This document shows positions 39,785 through 49,171 of a DNA stretch of 64,000 nt, in pieces (within the stretch, counting starts at the first letter, position 1; every line of letters starts with the position of its first letter). Both the position numbers and the translations under genes were made by a program. Origin of the DNA: Candidatus Eiseniibacteriota bacterium (lineage in GTDB: Bacteria; Eisenbacteria; RBG-16-71-46); contig JBGAOA010000012.1 in assembly GCA_044222065.1 (NCBI GenBank), forward strand, positions 1 to 64,000, read 5' to 3'. Below the pieces are notes generated by a model. The model had not been told where the DNA came from. It did no database searches and was given only the letters and a program-made list of their open reading frames with translations.

Positions 39785-39808
39785 TCGGGCCGTCCTCGGA
39801 CGGCCCGA
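39785..39808. repeat. Palindrome between the two divergent promoter motifs
   Basis: TCGGGCCGTCC-TC-GGACGGCCCGA. Confidence 0.8.
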
Positions 39809-39817
39809 AATTCCGCG

Positions 39818-39845
39818 TGTCAGTCCCGGACCGGGAATCCCGTTC
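39818..39845 (+). promoter_or_regulatory. Putative ECF promoter for the secreted-protein pair
   Basis: Plus strand TGTC-N19-CGTTC, same spacing as the divergent copy. Confidence 0.5.
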
Positions 39846-39920
39846 TTCGAGACGGACCCCAGGGTCCAGGCGCGGCCAGTCCCCGCACCCACCACGAGGT
39901 TTCGACGGAGGCCCACCCCG

Positions 39921-40436
39921 ATGACCAGCCGTTCACTGCCCCTTGCGTCCCTGATGCTGATCCTGCTCGCGTGCGCCGCGTTGGCCGCCGCCGACGGGGC
40001 GGCGCCGACTGCACCCTCGAAGGGGCCCGACGTCGTGACCGTCGGCCCGCCGGCCGTGCTCTCGGCGGAGCAACGCGCCCGGATCGAGGCCAAGCGCGCC
40101 CTGAATCTGGCGCCCGCGCTCCGCCCCGCGCCCGCCGGGACCGAAAAGCGCCCCTCCGTCGTCACCGCGCCGCCGGCGAGCGACGGCGCGTCGCCCACCG
40201 CGCCTTCCCGAAAGCCGCTTCCGGGGATTCCTTCACTGGGCCCGGCGCCCGCGGCGGCCCCCGCGCCGTCCGACGAGGTCCTGCTCGACGAGGCCGCGAT
40301 CGAGGCCGTGCGCGCGGCGCTCGGGCTGGACCTGAGCCGCGCGGCCGGGCTCGTCAAGTCGCCCGAGAGCCGACCCGCGCGGCGACCGGGCGCCGGCGAG
40401 CGTCGGACCGCGAGCGAAAGCGAGCGTCCCCGATGA
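39921..40436 (+). CDS. Secreted Pro/Ala-rich hypothetical protein
   Basis: GGAGG RBS, signal peptide, ATGA overlap with next gene. Confidence 0.65.
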   Translation: MTSRSLPLASLMLILLACAALAAADGAAPTAPSKGPDVVTVGPPAVLSAEQRARIEAKRALNLAPALRPAPAGTEKRPSVVTAPPASDGASPTAPSRKPLPGIPSLGPAPAAAPAPSDEVLLDEAAIEAVRAALGLDLSRAAGLVKSPESRPARRPGAGERRTASESERPR

Positions 40437-42823
40437 CCGCGCGCCGCTCTCGCTTCGCCTGCGCCCGCTTCGCGCTCGCCGCGCTGTGCGCGACGTCGCT
40501 GCTCTCGCTCGCCGCTTCGGTCGCGGGCGCCGTGACGTGTGATCCGAGCCACTTCCCCGGAGTGGACAACACGTTCCTGCTGCCGGTGCGCCTGAACGGC
40601 GTGCCCGTCACGACGATGCGCTGCAATCAATCGGCGACCAACTGGGGCGCCGCCGGCATCCTCGCGTTCGCGCCGACGAGCGACTTCGACATCAAGCTCT
40701 ACGGCAGCTGCCTCGGCGGCCCGCTGCTCGCGTCGTCCGAGGCCGCGGGCGGCACGACCGACTTCGTGATCGGCGACTTCAACAACGATCCGACCGGCTA
40801 CTACGCCGCCGACATGTACTGCTTCGGCGGCGACTGCACTTCGCCCACGGGAGCCTACGCAGCCGCCACGTGGCGGACCGGGGATCTGATGTTCGTGGAC
40901 TTCCCGCCCACGACCGTGACGTTCGACGGCTTCCAGCCGTTCTCGTCCGACGCGGTGCTGCACGTGTGGGACGTGTGGCTCCAGGCGGGCAACACCTACT
41001 ACTTCGAGTTCTCGAGCACGCTCGGGTCCGGCCAGAAGATGCTGCTGTTCCGAAATCCGAACCCCGGCGGCGGGACCTACTACGCGGGCCGTGGCGGAGC
41101 CGAGTTCGCCGTGAGCGGTTGCACGTCGTACACGGCGCCCGTCACGGGCTACTACGGGCTCGTCGTCGTGAGCGACGTGTGGGCCTCGTTCGTCTACACC
41201 GTCGGCGTCCACAGCGCGCCGACGTGCGCGTGCGCCACCGCGCTTCCGGAACTGACGCCGGTCGCCGTGTCCGCCGCGACCGCGAGCACTCACGCGTCGG
41301 CTCAGCAGGCGGCCCAGGCGTGGGTCGCGATCGGCGCGCGTCCAGCCGCGGGGAGCGACTGGGATCTCGAAGTCTCGACGAGCGGCTCTTCTCCGGGCTG
41401 TCCGCAAACCCTGCTCGCGAACTCGGTCGCGGGCGCGGGCGTGACGGACTTCGTGATGACGGACCTCAACTTCTCGACACTCCCGACGACGCTCGCGGCG
41501 CGCGCGTATCGCTACAGCGGTGGAGGAGGGGCGACGCTCGAGAAGGCGGGTCACGACGCGACGTACGACTTCCTCGAGGTGAACGGGCCGCAGGAGGTCC
41601 ACAACTGGGGCCCGAGCGAAGTGCTCAAGTGCTGGGACGTCGCGCTCTTCCAGGGTGAGTCGTACACGTTCGACTTCTTCGCCAGTTCGAACATGCGCGT
41701 GTTCCTCTATCGCAATCCGGGAACCTCCCTCTACTCCGCGGGACGGAGTTCGGCCGACGTCGCGTCGGCGACATCGTTCGAGTACACGGCGCCGAGCACC
41801 GGCTTCTATGGTGTCGTGGTCGCGAAGGACGACGACGCTCCGGGCTATTTCGCGCTCCGCGTGGGCCACTGCCAGGCGGCGACCCCATTGCCGGCCGGAT
41901 TGCCTCTCGCCACGGCGAGCCAGGACTTCTACTGGGTGTCCATCAGCGGCCAGGGCGGCGGGTGGCAGGCGCTCGGCACGCGCAGCACGCTCGCGGACTG
42001 GGACCTGTCGCAGTACGGCTCCACGACCGGCGCGCCGTGGCCCGACTGCTATTCGCCGACCGGGGTCAGCTCCGAGTCGGGCTCGGTGCCGGACTTCATC
42101 GTCGGGGACTTCCACGTGATTCCCGCGGGCGAGTATCCGTTCCGGCTCAAGCAGTTCGCCGGCGGTCCGCCGGTGCGAGTCGACCTCGAGTGGACGGGCG
42201 CCGCGGCCCCGCTGACCGTGAACGGCCCGGCGATCAACGTGACGCCGCTGTCGTCCGAGCTGCTGCGAATCTACGAAGCACCGCTCGTCGGCGGTCACAC
42301 GTACACGATCGCGTACTCGCAAGCGGACGCGCGGCCGCTGCTCGTGTTCGCGAACCTCGCCGCCGGGGACGAGTGGGCGCCGCGCAACTCGGCGCTGCTG
42401 TCGACGCTCGGGACGACTTCGTTCACGGCGCCGGCATCCGGCACGTTCGCGTTCGTGATCGCGAACGACGCCGCGACGGGCGGCACCTTCACGCTGCGGA
42501 TCTACGATCAGGCGCTGCTCGACGCGGGCCCCGGCGTGGCGCGCTTCGAGACGCGGCTCGGCGAGCCGCGCCCGAATCCCGCGATGTCGGCGCCGACGTT
42601 GCGCTACTCGCTCGCCTCGCCCGCGCGCGTTCGGCTCGACGTGCTCGATCCCTCGGGGCGGCGCGTGTGGAGCGGCGATCAGGGCGAGCGCACGTCGGGC
42701 GAATGGAGCGTCACGCTTCCTCGCGACACGGGAGGCGGCCGTCTGCACGCCGGACTCTACTTCGTCCATCTCGTCGTCGACGGCCGGACGGCGGGGGTGC
42801 GGAAGCTGACGCTGCTCGATTGA
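40433..42823 (+). CDS. Secreted protein with three ~220-aa tandem repeats and FlgD-Ig/T9SS-like CTD
   Basis: Signal peptide; three copies of D(F/W)D..DF....D.. plus (Y/F)TAP..G; PRPNP..LDPSGRRV..GLYFVHL..RKLTLL tail. Confidence 0.82.
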   Translation: MTARRSRFACARFALAALCATSLLSLAASVAGAVTCDPSHFPGVDNTFLLPVRLNGVPVTTMRCNQSATNWGAAGILAFAPTSDFDIKLYGSCLGGPLLASSEAAGGTTDFVIGDFNNDPTGYYAADMYCFGGDCTSPTGAYAAATWRTGDLMFVDFPPTTVTFDGFQPFSSDAVLHVWDVWLQAGNTYYFEFSSTLGSGQKMLLFRNPNPGGGTYYAGRGGAEFAVSGCTSYTAPVTGYYGLVVVSDVWASFVYTVGVHSAPTCACATALPELTPVAVSAATASTHASAQQAAQAWVAIGARPAAGSDWDLEVSTSGSSPGCPQTLLANSVAGAGVTDFVMTDLNFSTLPTTLAARAYRYSGGGGATLEKAGHDATYDFLEVNGPQEVHNWGPSEVLKCWDVALFQGESYTFDFFASSNMRVFLYRNPGTSLYSAGRSSADVASATSFEYTAPSTGFYGVVVAKDDDAPGYFALRVGHCQAATPLPAGLPLATASQDFYWVSISGQGGGWQALGTRSTLADWDLSQYGSTTGAPWPDCYSPTGVSSESGSVPDFIVGDFHVIPAGEYPFRLKQFAGGPPVRVDLEWTGAAAPLTVNGPAINVTPLSSELLRIYEAPLVGGHTYTIAYSQADARPLLVFANLAAGDEWAPRNSALLSTLGTTSFTAPASGTFAFVIANDAATGGTFTLRIYDQALLDAGPGVARFETRLGEPRPNPAMSAPTLRYSLASPARVRLDVLDPSGRRVWSGDQGERTSGEWSVTLPRDTGGGRLHAGLYFVHLVVDGRTAGVRKLTLLD

Positions 42824-42836
42824 CGGGGAGCGTGCG

Positions 42837-42871
42837 CGAGGGCCGGCCGGGGCGACTCCGGCCGGCCCTCG
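42837..42871. terminator. Hairpin between the secreted-protein gene and convergent tRNA-Leu
   Basis: CGAGGGCCGGCCGGGG...CTCCGGCCGGCCCTCG inverted repeat. Confidence 0.55.
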
Positions 42872-42951
42872 TCGCGCGCCGGATCACGACGCACCTGGCG
42901 ATGGGACCCGGCGATTCTAAGCGGATTACGTGGCCGGCGTTCGGACGCGCG

Positions 42952-43040
42952 TGGTGCCGGAGGCGGGGGTCGAACCCGCACTCGGTGTGAGCCGAACCGG
43001 ATTTTGAGTCCGGCGCGTCTGCCAGTTCCGCCACTCCGGC
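42952..43040 (-). tRNA. tRNA-Leu (CAA)
   Basis: GCCGGAGTGGCGGAACTGGCAGACGCG, anticodon loop CT-CAA-AA, long variable arm, GGTTCGA T-loop, encoded CCA. Confidence 0.97.
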
Positions 43041-43184
43041 ACGAAGGGAGGCGGACCGTAACAGAGGCGCGAGAACGCCCTCAACCGCGCGCAGGGCGCC
43101 GGACGACTCGCCGCCGTGCGCCCGCGCGGATCGAAACGAGATCGACGTCTCTCGCGGCTCGCCGCCGCCGCGCGCCGATTCGCC

Positions 43185-44108
43185 TCAGCGATAGAGCAGC
43201 TTCACGCGGCCCCACGTGCTGGACTTCACCGCGTCCGGGAACGTGACGTAGATGAGGTAGTCCTCGGTCTCGCCGCCCGCGTACTCGCCGGTCGGCTGGT
43301 TCGCGGAGCCGGCCCACGGGAAGTCGTCCGTGACCGGCTCGTCGGTCAGCGTCATGCGCAGCCAGCTCTGACCCGGAGTCGGCCCGCCGATGATCGGCGG
43401 CGTGTTGTGGTTCTGGCAGCCGGGGCCCACCGCGATCGCGAGGTTCTTCACTGCCCACTCGTACGCGCAGCCCGAGGCCGGCCGCACGCTCGAGCAGTCG
43501 AAGTTGTCGTTCCAGTCACCGTCGAAGTTGAGGTCGACGAGCACGTTCAGATACGCCGTGGTCTCGTTCCCGCAGTTGGCCGTCTGGAACTGAAGGGTCT
43601 GGCCGAAGCAGCTGACGAGCACCTGATTGGGCGCGAGGCCGGCGTCGCCGTCGGCGTAGCTCTCGTCCTGCGAGAAGTTGTTGGGCGCGAGGTTCACGTC
43701 GATGTCCGTCGGTCCACCCGAGCACGCGCTCGGTCCCCCGGGCGGTCCGACCTTGCCGTCCACGTCGTCGTCGATGCCCGTGAGTCCGATCGTCGGCAGA
43801 TCGAAGCAGCCGAGCCAGTAGTGCGACGGGGCGGCGTTGAAGTTCCGCATGTAGCCCGTGGGGCCCGGCGGCGTGGAGCGCGGCGCGCAGAACAACTCTT
43901 GAGTCCCCGGAGCGCCGGGCGCGAGGCAGGTCGGGTAGCGGCCGAGGACCGGACCCTGCGGACCGAAGAACGGGATGCCCTCGGGGGCGTCGCCGTAGTC
44001 GATCACGATGCGGCCGCAATCGAGGCCGTCCACGTCGTGCGAGAAGGCGGAGGATGCGGAAGCGAGCAGTAGCAGGGACGCGAGTACGACGGGCAGAGAT
44101 CGCGGCAT
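43185..44108 (-). CDS. Secreted GEVED-domain protein ending in TWGRVKLLYR
   Basis: Signal peptide; DYGDAP, LVDLNFDGDW, WLRMTL, GGETEDY (GEVED); GAGG RBS. Confidence 0.85.
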   Translation of the reverse strand: MPRSLPVVLASLLLLASASSAFSHDVDGLDCGRIVIDYGDAPEGIPFFGPQGPVLGRYPTCLAPGAPGTQELFCAPRSTPPGPTGYMRNFNAAPSHYWLGCFDLPTIGLTGIDDDVDGKVGPPGGPSACSGGPTDIDVNLAPNNFSQDESYADGDAGLAPNQVLVSCFGQTLQFQTANCGNETTAYLNVLVDLNFDGDWNDNFDCSSVRPASGCAYEWAVKNLAIAVGPGCQNHNTPPIIGGPTPGQSWLRMTLTDEPVTDDFPWAGSANQPTGEYAGGETEDYLIYVTFPDAVKSSTWGRVKLLYR

Positions 44109-44266
44109 CTCACACCTCGTGGGGAAGGGGGATGCGCCCGGAGCGGGCGCATGCGGTCGAACGACCCGCGGGAGTGTAGGGGCCGCACTCGAGCGCCTCA
44201 ATGGTTTCCCGCGCCGCGCTTTGCGGCGATGCGAGAGAAATTCGCGACGTCCCGACGCCCCGTCGC

Positions 44267-46533
44267 CTACGCGCGCGAGCGCAGCATCGCATCCACGACG
44301 CGCGCGAGCACGCGCGCGGCGCGGTCGGCCGAACGGAACGTCGGCACGCCGCCGTCTTCGAGCACGCGCACCATCGCGTCGTAGCGCGTCCCGGCGTCCA
44401 CGACCGCGACCCACGGCTTCGTCGTCGCGTTCCACAGCGCGACGAGTCGGGACGCGACCGAGCCTTCGCGCGTCACGTCGTCCGCGTGGCCCGCGCCGGC
44501 CGCGAGCGTGTCGAGTGCGCCGGTCATCGGCACGCAGCCGATCGCGGCGACGTCCACCTGCGGGTCCTCGAGCGCGGCGCGCGCGATCGCGGCGAAGCCA
44601 TCGTCGCCGAGGATCGGCGTCACGTCGATCGGATTCCCGAGCGCGACGATGCCGTCGAGGCGCGACGCCGCGAGCGTCGCGCGCATCGCCTCGCGCGTCG
44701 CGGGCGACCACGGCGCGAGCGTGAGCGGCGCGCAGTGGTCGGCGAGCGCGACGCTCTCGAAGCCGGCGTTGCTCACGGCGCCGAGCCTTGATCCGCGGGG
44801 CGGGCGCGAGCGGAACAGCGTCGCGAGCCGCACCAGGTCCTCGAACTCCTCGAGTGAGTCGGCGAGCAGCACGCCCGCCGCGCGCGCGAGCGCGCGCGCG
44901 ACCGCGGGATCGCCCGCGACCGAGGCCGTGTGACTCGCGGCCGCGCTCACGCCCGCGGGGCTGCGGCCCGCGAGGTACCACACGACGACGCCGCCGCGCG
45001 CGGCGATGCGCTTCGCCGCGGCGAACGCACGCGCGCCGTCGCCGGGGCGGAACCCCTCGAGGTAGACGCCGATCACTTCGACCGCCGCGTCCGCCGCGAA
45101 ATGCTCGAGGTAGTCGCCGATCGTGAGGTCGGTCTGATTGCCGATCGTGACGAGGTAACGGGCGTTCAGCCGCTCGAGCCGGCTCGCCTTCGCGACCGCG
45201 AACGCGCCGCTGCCCGTGACGAGCGCGAGCGGCCGCTCAGGACCCTCGGGCGGCGGCAGCTTGTGCGGCGGGATGAACAGCGTGTCGTAGCGCCCGGGCA
45301 CGGAGCGCACGCCGAGGCAGTTGCCGCCGTTCACGACCGGCCCGCCGCTCGGACGCGCGCGCGAGGCGGCGAGGCTCTGGCGCATGCGCTCGACGAGCGG
45401 CGCGGACTCGGGGCGCTCGTCGAGTCCGCCCGGAATCAGGATCACGCTCGCGGCGAGGTCGCGCTCGGCGATCTCCGCCGTCATGCGCACGGCATCCGCG
45501 GCGGGAACGCTCAGCACGACGAGGTCGGTGCCGGCCTCGAGGTCGTCGAGGCCCGGCACGCAGCGGCAGCCGTCGATCGCCTCGCAGCCCGGCTTGAGCA
45601 CGGTCACGCGTTCGCGGGGGAAGCCCGCGCGCAGGACGTTCTGCAGGATGATGCGGCCCGGATTGAGCTTCTCGGACACGCCGGCGATCGCGATCGAGCG
45701 CGGCGCGAAGAGCCGCGCGAGCTTCTCGAGCGGGCGCGCGGGCGCGACGGCCGGCGCCGCTCCGAGCGAGGCGAGCGCGTCGAGCGCGACGAGCCGTCCG
45801 CCGCTCACGACGATCGGGTTCGCTTCGAGTTCCGTGAGCCCGAGCGACTCGGCGCGCCGCGCAGCGCGAGGAAGCCCTCGATCGCGGCGACGAGCGCTTC
45901 GCGCGCGAGCGCGGGCGCGCGGCCGCGCTGCGGTTCGGTCGCGAGCCGCGCCGGCAGGTGGCGTGCGAGCGCGCGCTCGATGCCTGAGCGGTCGGCGAGC
46001 GCGGGAGAGAAGATCGCCACGCCCGCGTCTTCGCCGAGCTCCTTCGCGAGTGGTTCCGCGTGGATGCCGCCGGGGCCGAGCGTCACGACCGGACCGTGGT
46101 CGCGCGTGACGCGCAGCCCGAGCAGGAACTCGCCGCCCGGTCCGCCCGCGTGCGGCACGAACTCGCACACGAGGAACCCGGCGAGTTCGTGCGCGGCGAG
46201 CCGCGACTGCAACTCCTCGGCCGCCGCGCGCAGCGCGGCGGGTTCGTTCGCGACGATGCGGAGCGCGCCGAGTTCGGTCTTGTGGCGGATCGCGGGCGAG
46301 AGCGCCTTCAGCACGACGCGCTCGCCGGGCAGCCCGGGCAGATCGCGCGCGGCGAACTCCGCGGCGTTTCCGACCACGAAGCGCCGCGGCGTGTCGAGGC
46401 CCGTGGCGGCGAGCAGGTCGAGGCCCTCGCTCTCGAGCAGCACGCCGCGCGCGGCGAAGCGCGCGCCGCGCACGATCCGTTCGAGCGCGTCGGGTGCGCT
46501 CGCGAGCGCCGCGCCCGACCCGCCGTCCGTCAT
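44267..46533 (-). CDS. ADP-forming acyl-CoA synthetase (acetate--CoA ligase family), ATP-grasp first; frameshift near 45860
   Basis: VVLK..P.IRHKTELG, FLLGL..GPVVTLGPGGI, then shifted frame ELEANP, GGNCLG, YLEG, SHTASVAG, NPIDVT; ATGA overlap with iorB. Confidence 0.88.
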
Positions 46534-47123
46534 CGGACGCCGCCCGCCACTTCGTCCGCCGCGATGCGGCCGGCGCGGAACGCCTTGCGGTTCACTTCGC
46601 GCACCCACTCGCTCTTCGAGCGGAACGTGTCCTCGACCGCGCGCTCCAGCACGTCGAGGTCGAGCGGCAGGACGTGGGAGGCGGCGCCGACCATGACGGT
46701 GTTGACGCTCTGGATGTCGCCGCACTCGATCGCGAGCGCGTCGGCGTCCACGCGGATCGAGCGCGGGATGCGCGCGATGCGCTCGAGCACCGGGCCGAGC
46801 TCGGGGTAGTTCGCGAAGTTCGCGACCGGGCACACGGACGTGACGATCGAGCCGCCGGGCGAGAGCCACGCGGCGTAGCGCAGGCTCTCGAGCGGCTCGA
46901 GGCTCAGGACGAGATCGGCGGTGCCGAGCGGGATCAGCTCGCTCGCGATCGCGCGGTCCGAGAGCCGCAACTGCGCGTGCACGGCGCCGCCGCGCTGCGC
47001 CATGCCGTGCACCTCGGACTGTTTCGCGTGCAGGCCCGAGGCGAGCGCCGCACGGCCGATGATCGCGGCCATGGACAGCACGCCCTGCCCGCCGACGCCG
47101 GCGAAGAGGATGTCGCACTTCAC
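46530..47123 (-). CDS. iorB: Indolepyruvate ferredoxin oxidoreductase beta subunit
   Basis: AGVGGQG, SEVHGMAQRGG, EPLESLR, N.VMVGAA; GTGA overlap with iorA. Confidence 0.93.
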   Translation of the reverse strand: MKCDILFAGVGGQGVLSMAAIIGRAALASGLHAKQSEVHGMAQRGGAVHAQLRLSDRAIASELIPLGTADLVLSLEPLESLRYAAWLSPGGSIVTSVCPVANFANYPELGPVLERIARIPRSIRVDADALAIECGDIQSVNTVMVGAASHVLPLDLDVLERAVEDTFRSKSEWVREVNRKAFRAGRIAADEVAGGVR

Positions 47124-48733
47124 GACGCCACCGTCTCTTTCTGGCGCGCGTGCCGCTTCGCCGTGACCTTGCACTCGCGCACGCCGATCACGACCGAGAG
47201 GCCGGGATGCGCGATCTCGCGCTTCAGCAATTCCGCGATGTCGCGAACCTTCTTCGGGTGCACGTCCACGACGTGCAGGTGCTCGGGGCGCACGCCCGCG
47301 CCGAGCACGATGTCCTTGAGCCGCGAGGACGGCACGACCGGATCCTGTCCGCCGGTCATCGCGATCGCCTGGTTGTCGAGGATCAGCACCGTCATCGGCG
47401 TGTCCGCGCTTGCGGCGTCCATGAGCGGCGCGACGCCGGAGTGGAGGAACGTGCTGTCGCCGATCACCGCGACGACCGGCGAGTGCCCGGCTTCCGCCGC
47501 GCCCTTCGCCATGCCGATGGACGCGCCCATGCACACGCACGATTCGATCGCCGAGTAGGGCGGGAGCGCGCCGAGCGTGTAGCAGCCGATGTCGGAGGTG
47601 ACCATCGCGCCGCCGTCGCCTTCGATCGCGATCTGCAGCGCTTCGTACATGTGGCCGTGCGGGCAGCCCTGGCAGAGCTGCGGCGGACGGTTCGGCACCT
47701 CGAAGCCGTCGAGCGCGGGACCCGAGCGCACCGGCAGTCCGAGCGCGCCGCGCACGACGTCGGGCGTCAGCTCGCCGCTCGCCGGCACCTCGCCGCTCAT
47801 GCGGCCTTCGATCGGCACCGGCGCGCCGAACAGCCCGCGCAGCAGCCGCTCGACGTACGGGTAGCCGTCCTCGAGCACGAGCACGCGGTCCACGTACGAC
47901 ACGAGCCGCTCGATCAGGTCGGTCGGCATCGGGTACGCGCCGATGTGCAGGTGGCAGACGCGGCGGCCGAGGTCGCGCAGGTTCTCTGCGAAGTAGTTGC
48001 GCGCGATGCCCGTCGTGATGACGCCGAGTTCGCGCCCGTCCGGATGCAGCTCCAGCCGGTTCCACGGCGCGCTCTCGGACCAGCGGCGAATGTCGTCCTG
48101 CCGCCCGAGCAGCGCGGTCCACTGCCGCCGCGCGTTCGCGGGCAGCAGGATCCACGAGTTGCGCTGCGGCGCGCGGCGCAGCGCGTTCTCGGCGCGCGGC
48201 TCGCGCAGCTCGACGTGCGTGCGGCTGTGGGAGAGGCGCGTCACGAGGCGCAGCAGCACCGGGACGTGGAAGCGCTCGGACAGCTCGAACGCTTCGCGCG
48301 TCATGTCGTAGGCCTCCTGCTGGTCGCACGGCTCGAGGCACGGCACGCGCGCGAAGTCCGCGTACCAGCGGCTGTCCTGCTCGTTCTGCGAACTGTGCAT
48401 GCCGGGGTCGTCGGCGACGGCGACGACGAGGCCGCCGTGCACGTCGACGAGCGCCGAGTTCACGAACGGATCGGCGGCGACGTTCAGTCCGACGTGCTTC
48501 ATCGCGACGAGCGCGCGGCGGCCCGCGAAGCTCGTGCCGAGCGCGGCCTCGTAGGCCGTCTTCTCGTTCACGGACCAGGTCGCGATCGGGCCCGGGGCGC
48601 GCTCGCGATGGCGGATCAGGTACTCGAGGATCTCCGTCGACGGAGTCCCCGGGTAGGCATATGCAGCCGTGAGACCGGCGTGGATCGCGCCGAGCGCCAC
48701 GGCCTCGTCACCCAGCAGGATGCTCTGGGGCAT
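47120..48733 (-). CDS. iorA: Indolepyruvate ferredoxin oxidoreductase alpha subunit
   Basis: YPGTPSTEI, NEKTA, MKHVGLNVAAD, SSQNEQDSR, RPPQLCQGCPH, DIGCYTLG, GDSTFLHSG, AMTGGQ. Confidence 0.95.
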   Translation of the reverse strand: MPQSILLGDEAVALGAIHAGLTAAYAYPGTPSTEILEYLIRHRERAPGPIATWSVNEKTAYEAALGTSFAGRRALVAMKHVGLNVAADPFVNSALVDVHGGLVVAVADDPGMHSSQNEQDSRWYADFARVPCLEPCDQQEAYDMTREAFELSERFHVPVLLRLVTRLSHSRTHVELREPRAENALRRAPQRNSWILLPANARRQWTALLGRQDDIRRWSESAPWNRLELHPDGRELGVITTGIARNYFAENLRDLGRRVCHLHIGAYPMPTDLIERLVSYVDRVLVLEDGYPYVERLLRGLFGAPVPIEGRMSGEVPASGELTPDVVRGALGLPVRSGPALDGFEVPNRPPQLCQGCPHGHMYEALQIAIEGDGGAMVTSDIGCYTLGALPPYSAIESCVCMGASIGMAKGAAEAGHSPVVAVIGDSTFLHSGVAPLMDAASADTPMTVLILDNQAIAMTGGQDPVVPSSRLKDIVLGAGVRPEHLHVVDVHPKKVRDIAELLKREIAHPGLSVVIGVRECKVTAKRHARQKETVAS

Positions 48734-49099
48734 GGGGCCTCCTCGGAACCACGGAGCCCGCCTTGCCCCGCCCGGTCGGCAGAGCACGCGCGGGCGTTCT
48801 CGCTCTCACAGCACGGCATGTGCCGGACCACGCCGCGTTCACGCGCCACGCGCGTGAGTCGATCGCAGCCACGATTGACGCGGGTTGGAGCCGATTCGCC
48901 GCGCGAAGCCGCGGCCGAGTCATTCGCAATGCCGCGCGATTCGGCTGCCAACTTGTCCGCCCGACTGTCCCCGGTGACGGATTTCGGCTTGAACGGACCG
49001 GTGCGCTCCGGTGTACCTTGCCGGCCACTCGCGGAAGGGACTCCGCCCGCCGAACCCGGGGAGACGAGGACGTTCAAGCACTTCGCCCGCTTCGCCGCG

Positions 49100-49115
49100 C
49101 GGCATGTCCCCTGCT
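49100..49115 (+). promoter_or_regulatory. Putative sigma54 (-24/-12) promoter
   Basis: CGGCATGTCCCCTGCT = GG-N10-GC, 56 nt upstream of ATG 49172. Confidence 0.5.
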
Positions 49116-49171
49116 CGATGAGCGACCGTTCCTTCGGACGTTCCCTCGACATCGACCCAGGAGGTTCCCCG

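Noticed and set aside
36416..42769. 2117-aa minus-strand ORF and many other long overlapping ORFs
   Set aside because: Shadow ORFs caused by high GC and scarce stops; they are Arg/Ala/Pro-rich without motifs. Only the 3' TPR part of this ORF is real and belongs to the kinase.
32500..42952. Genomic island integrated at the tRNA-Leu 3' end
   Set aside because: Content looks accessory, but I found no integrase, no duplicated tRNA 3' end and no clear compositional shift.
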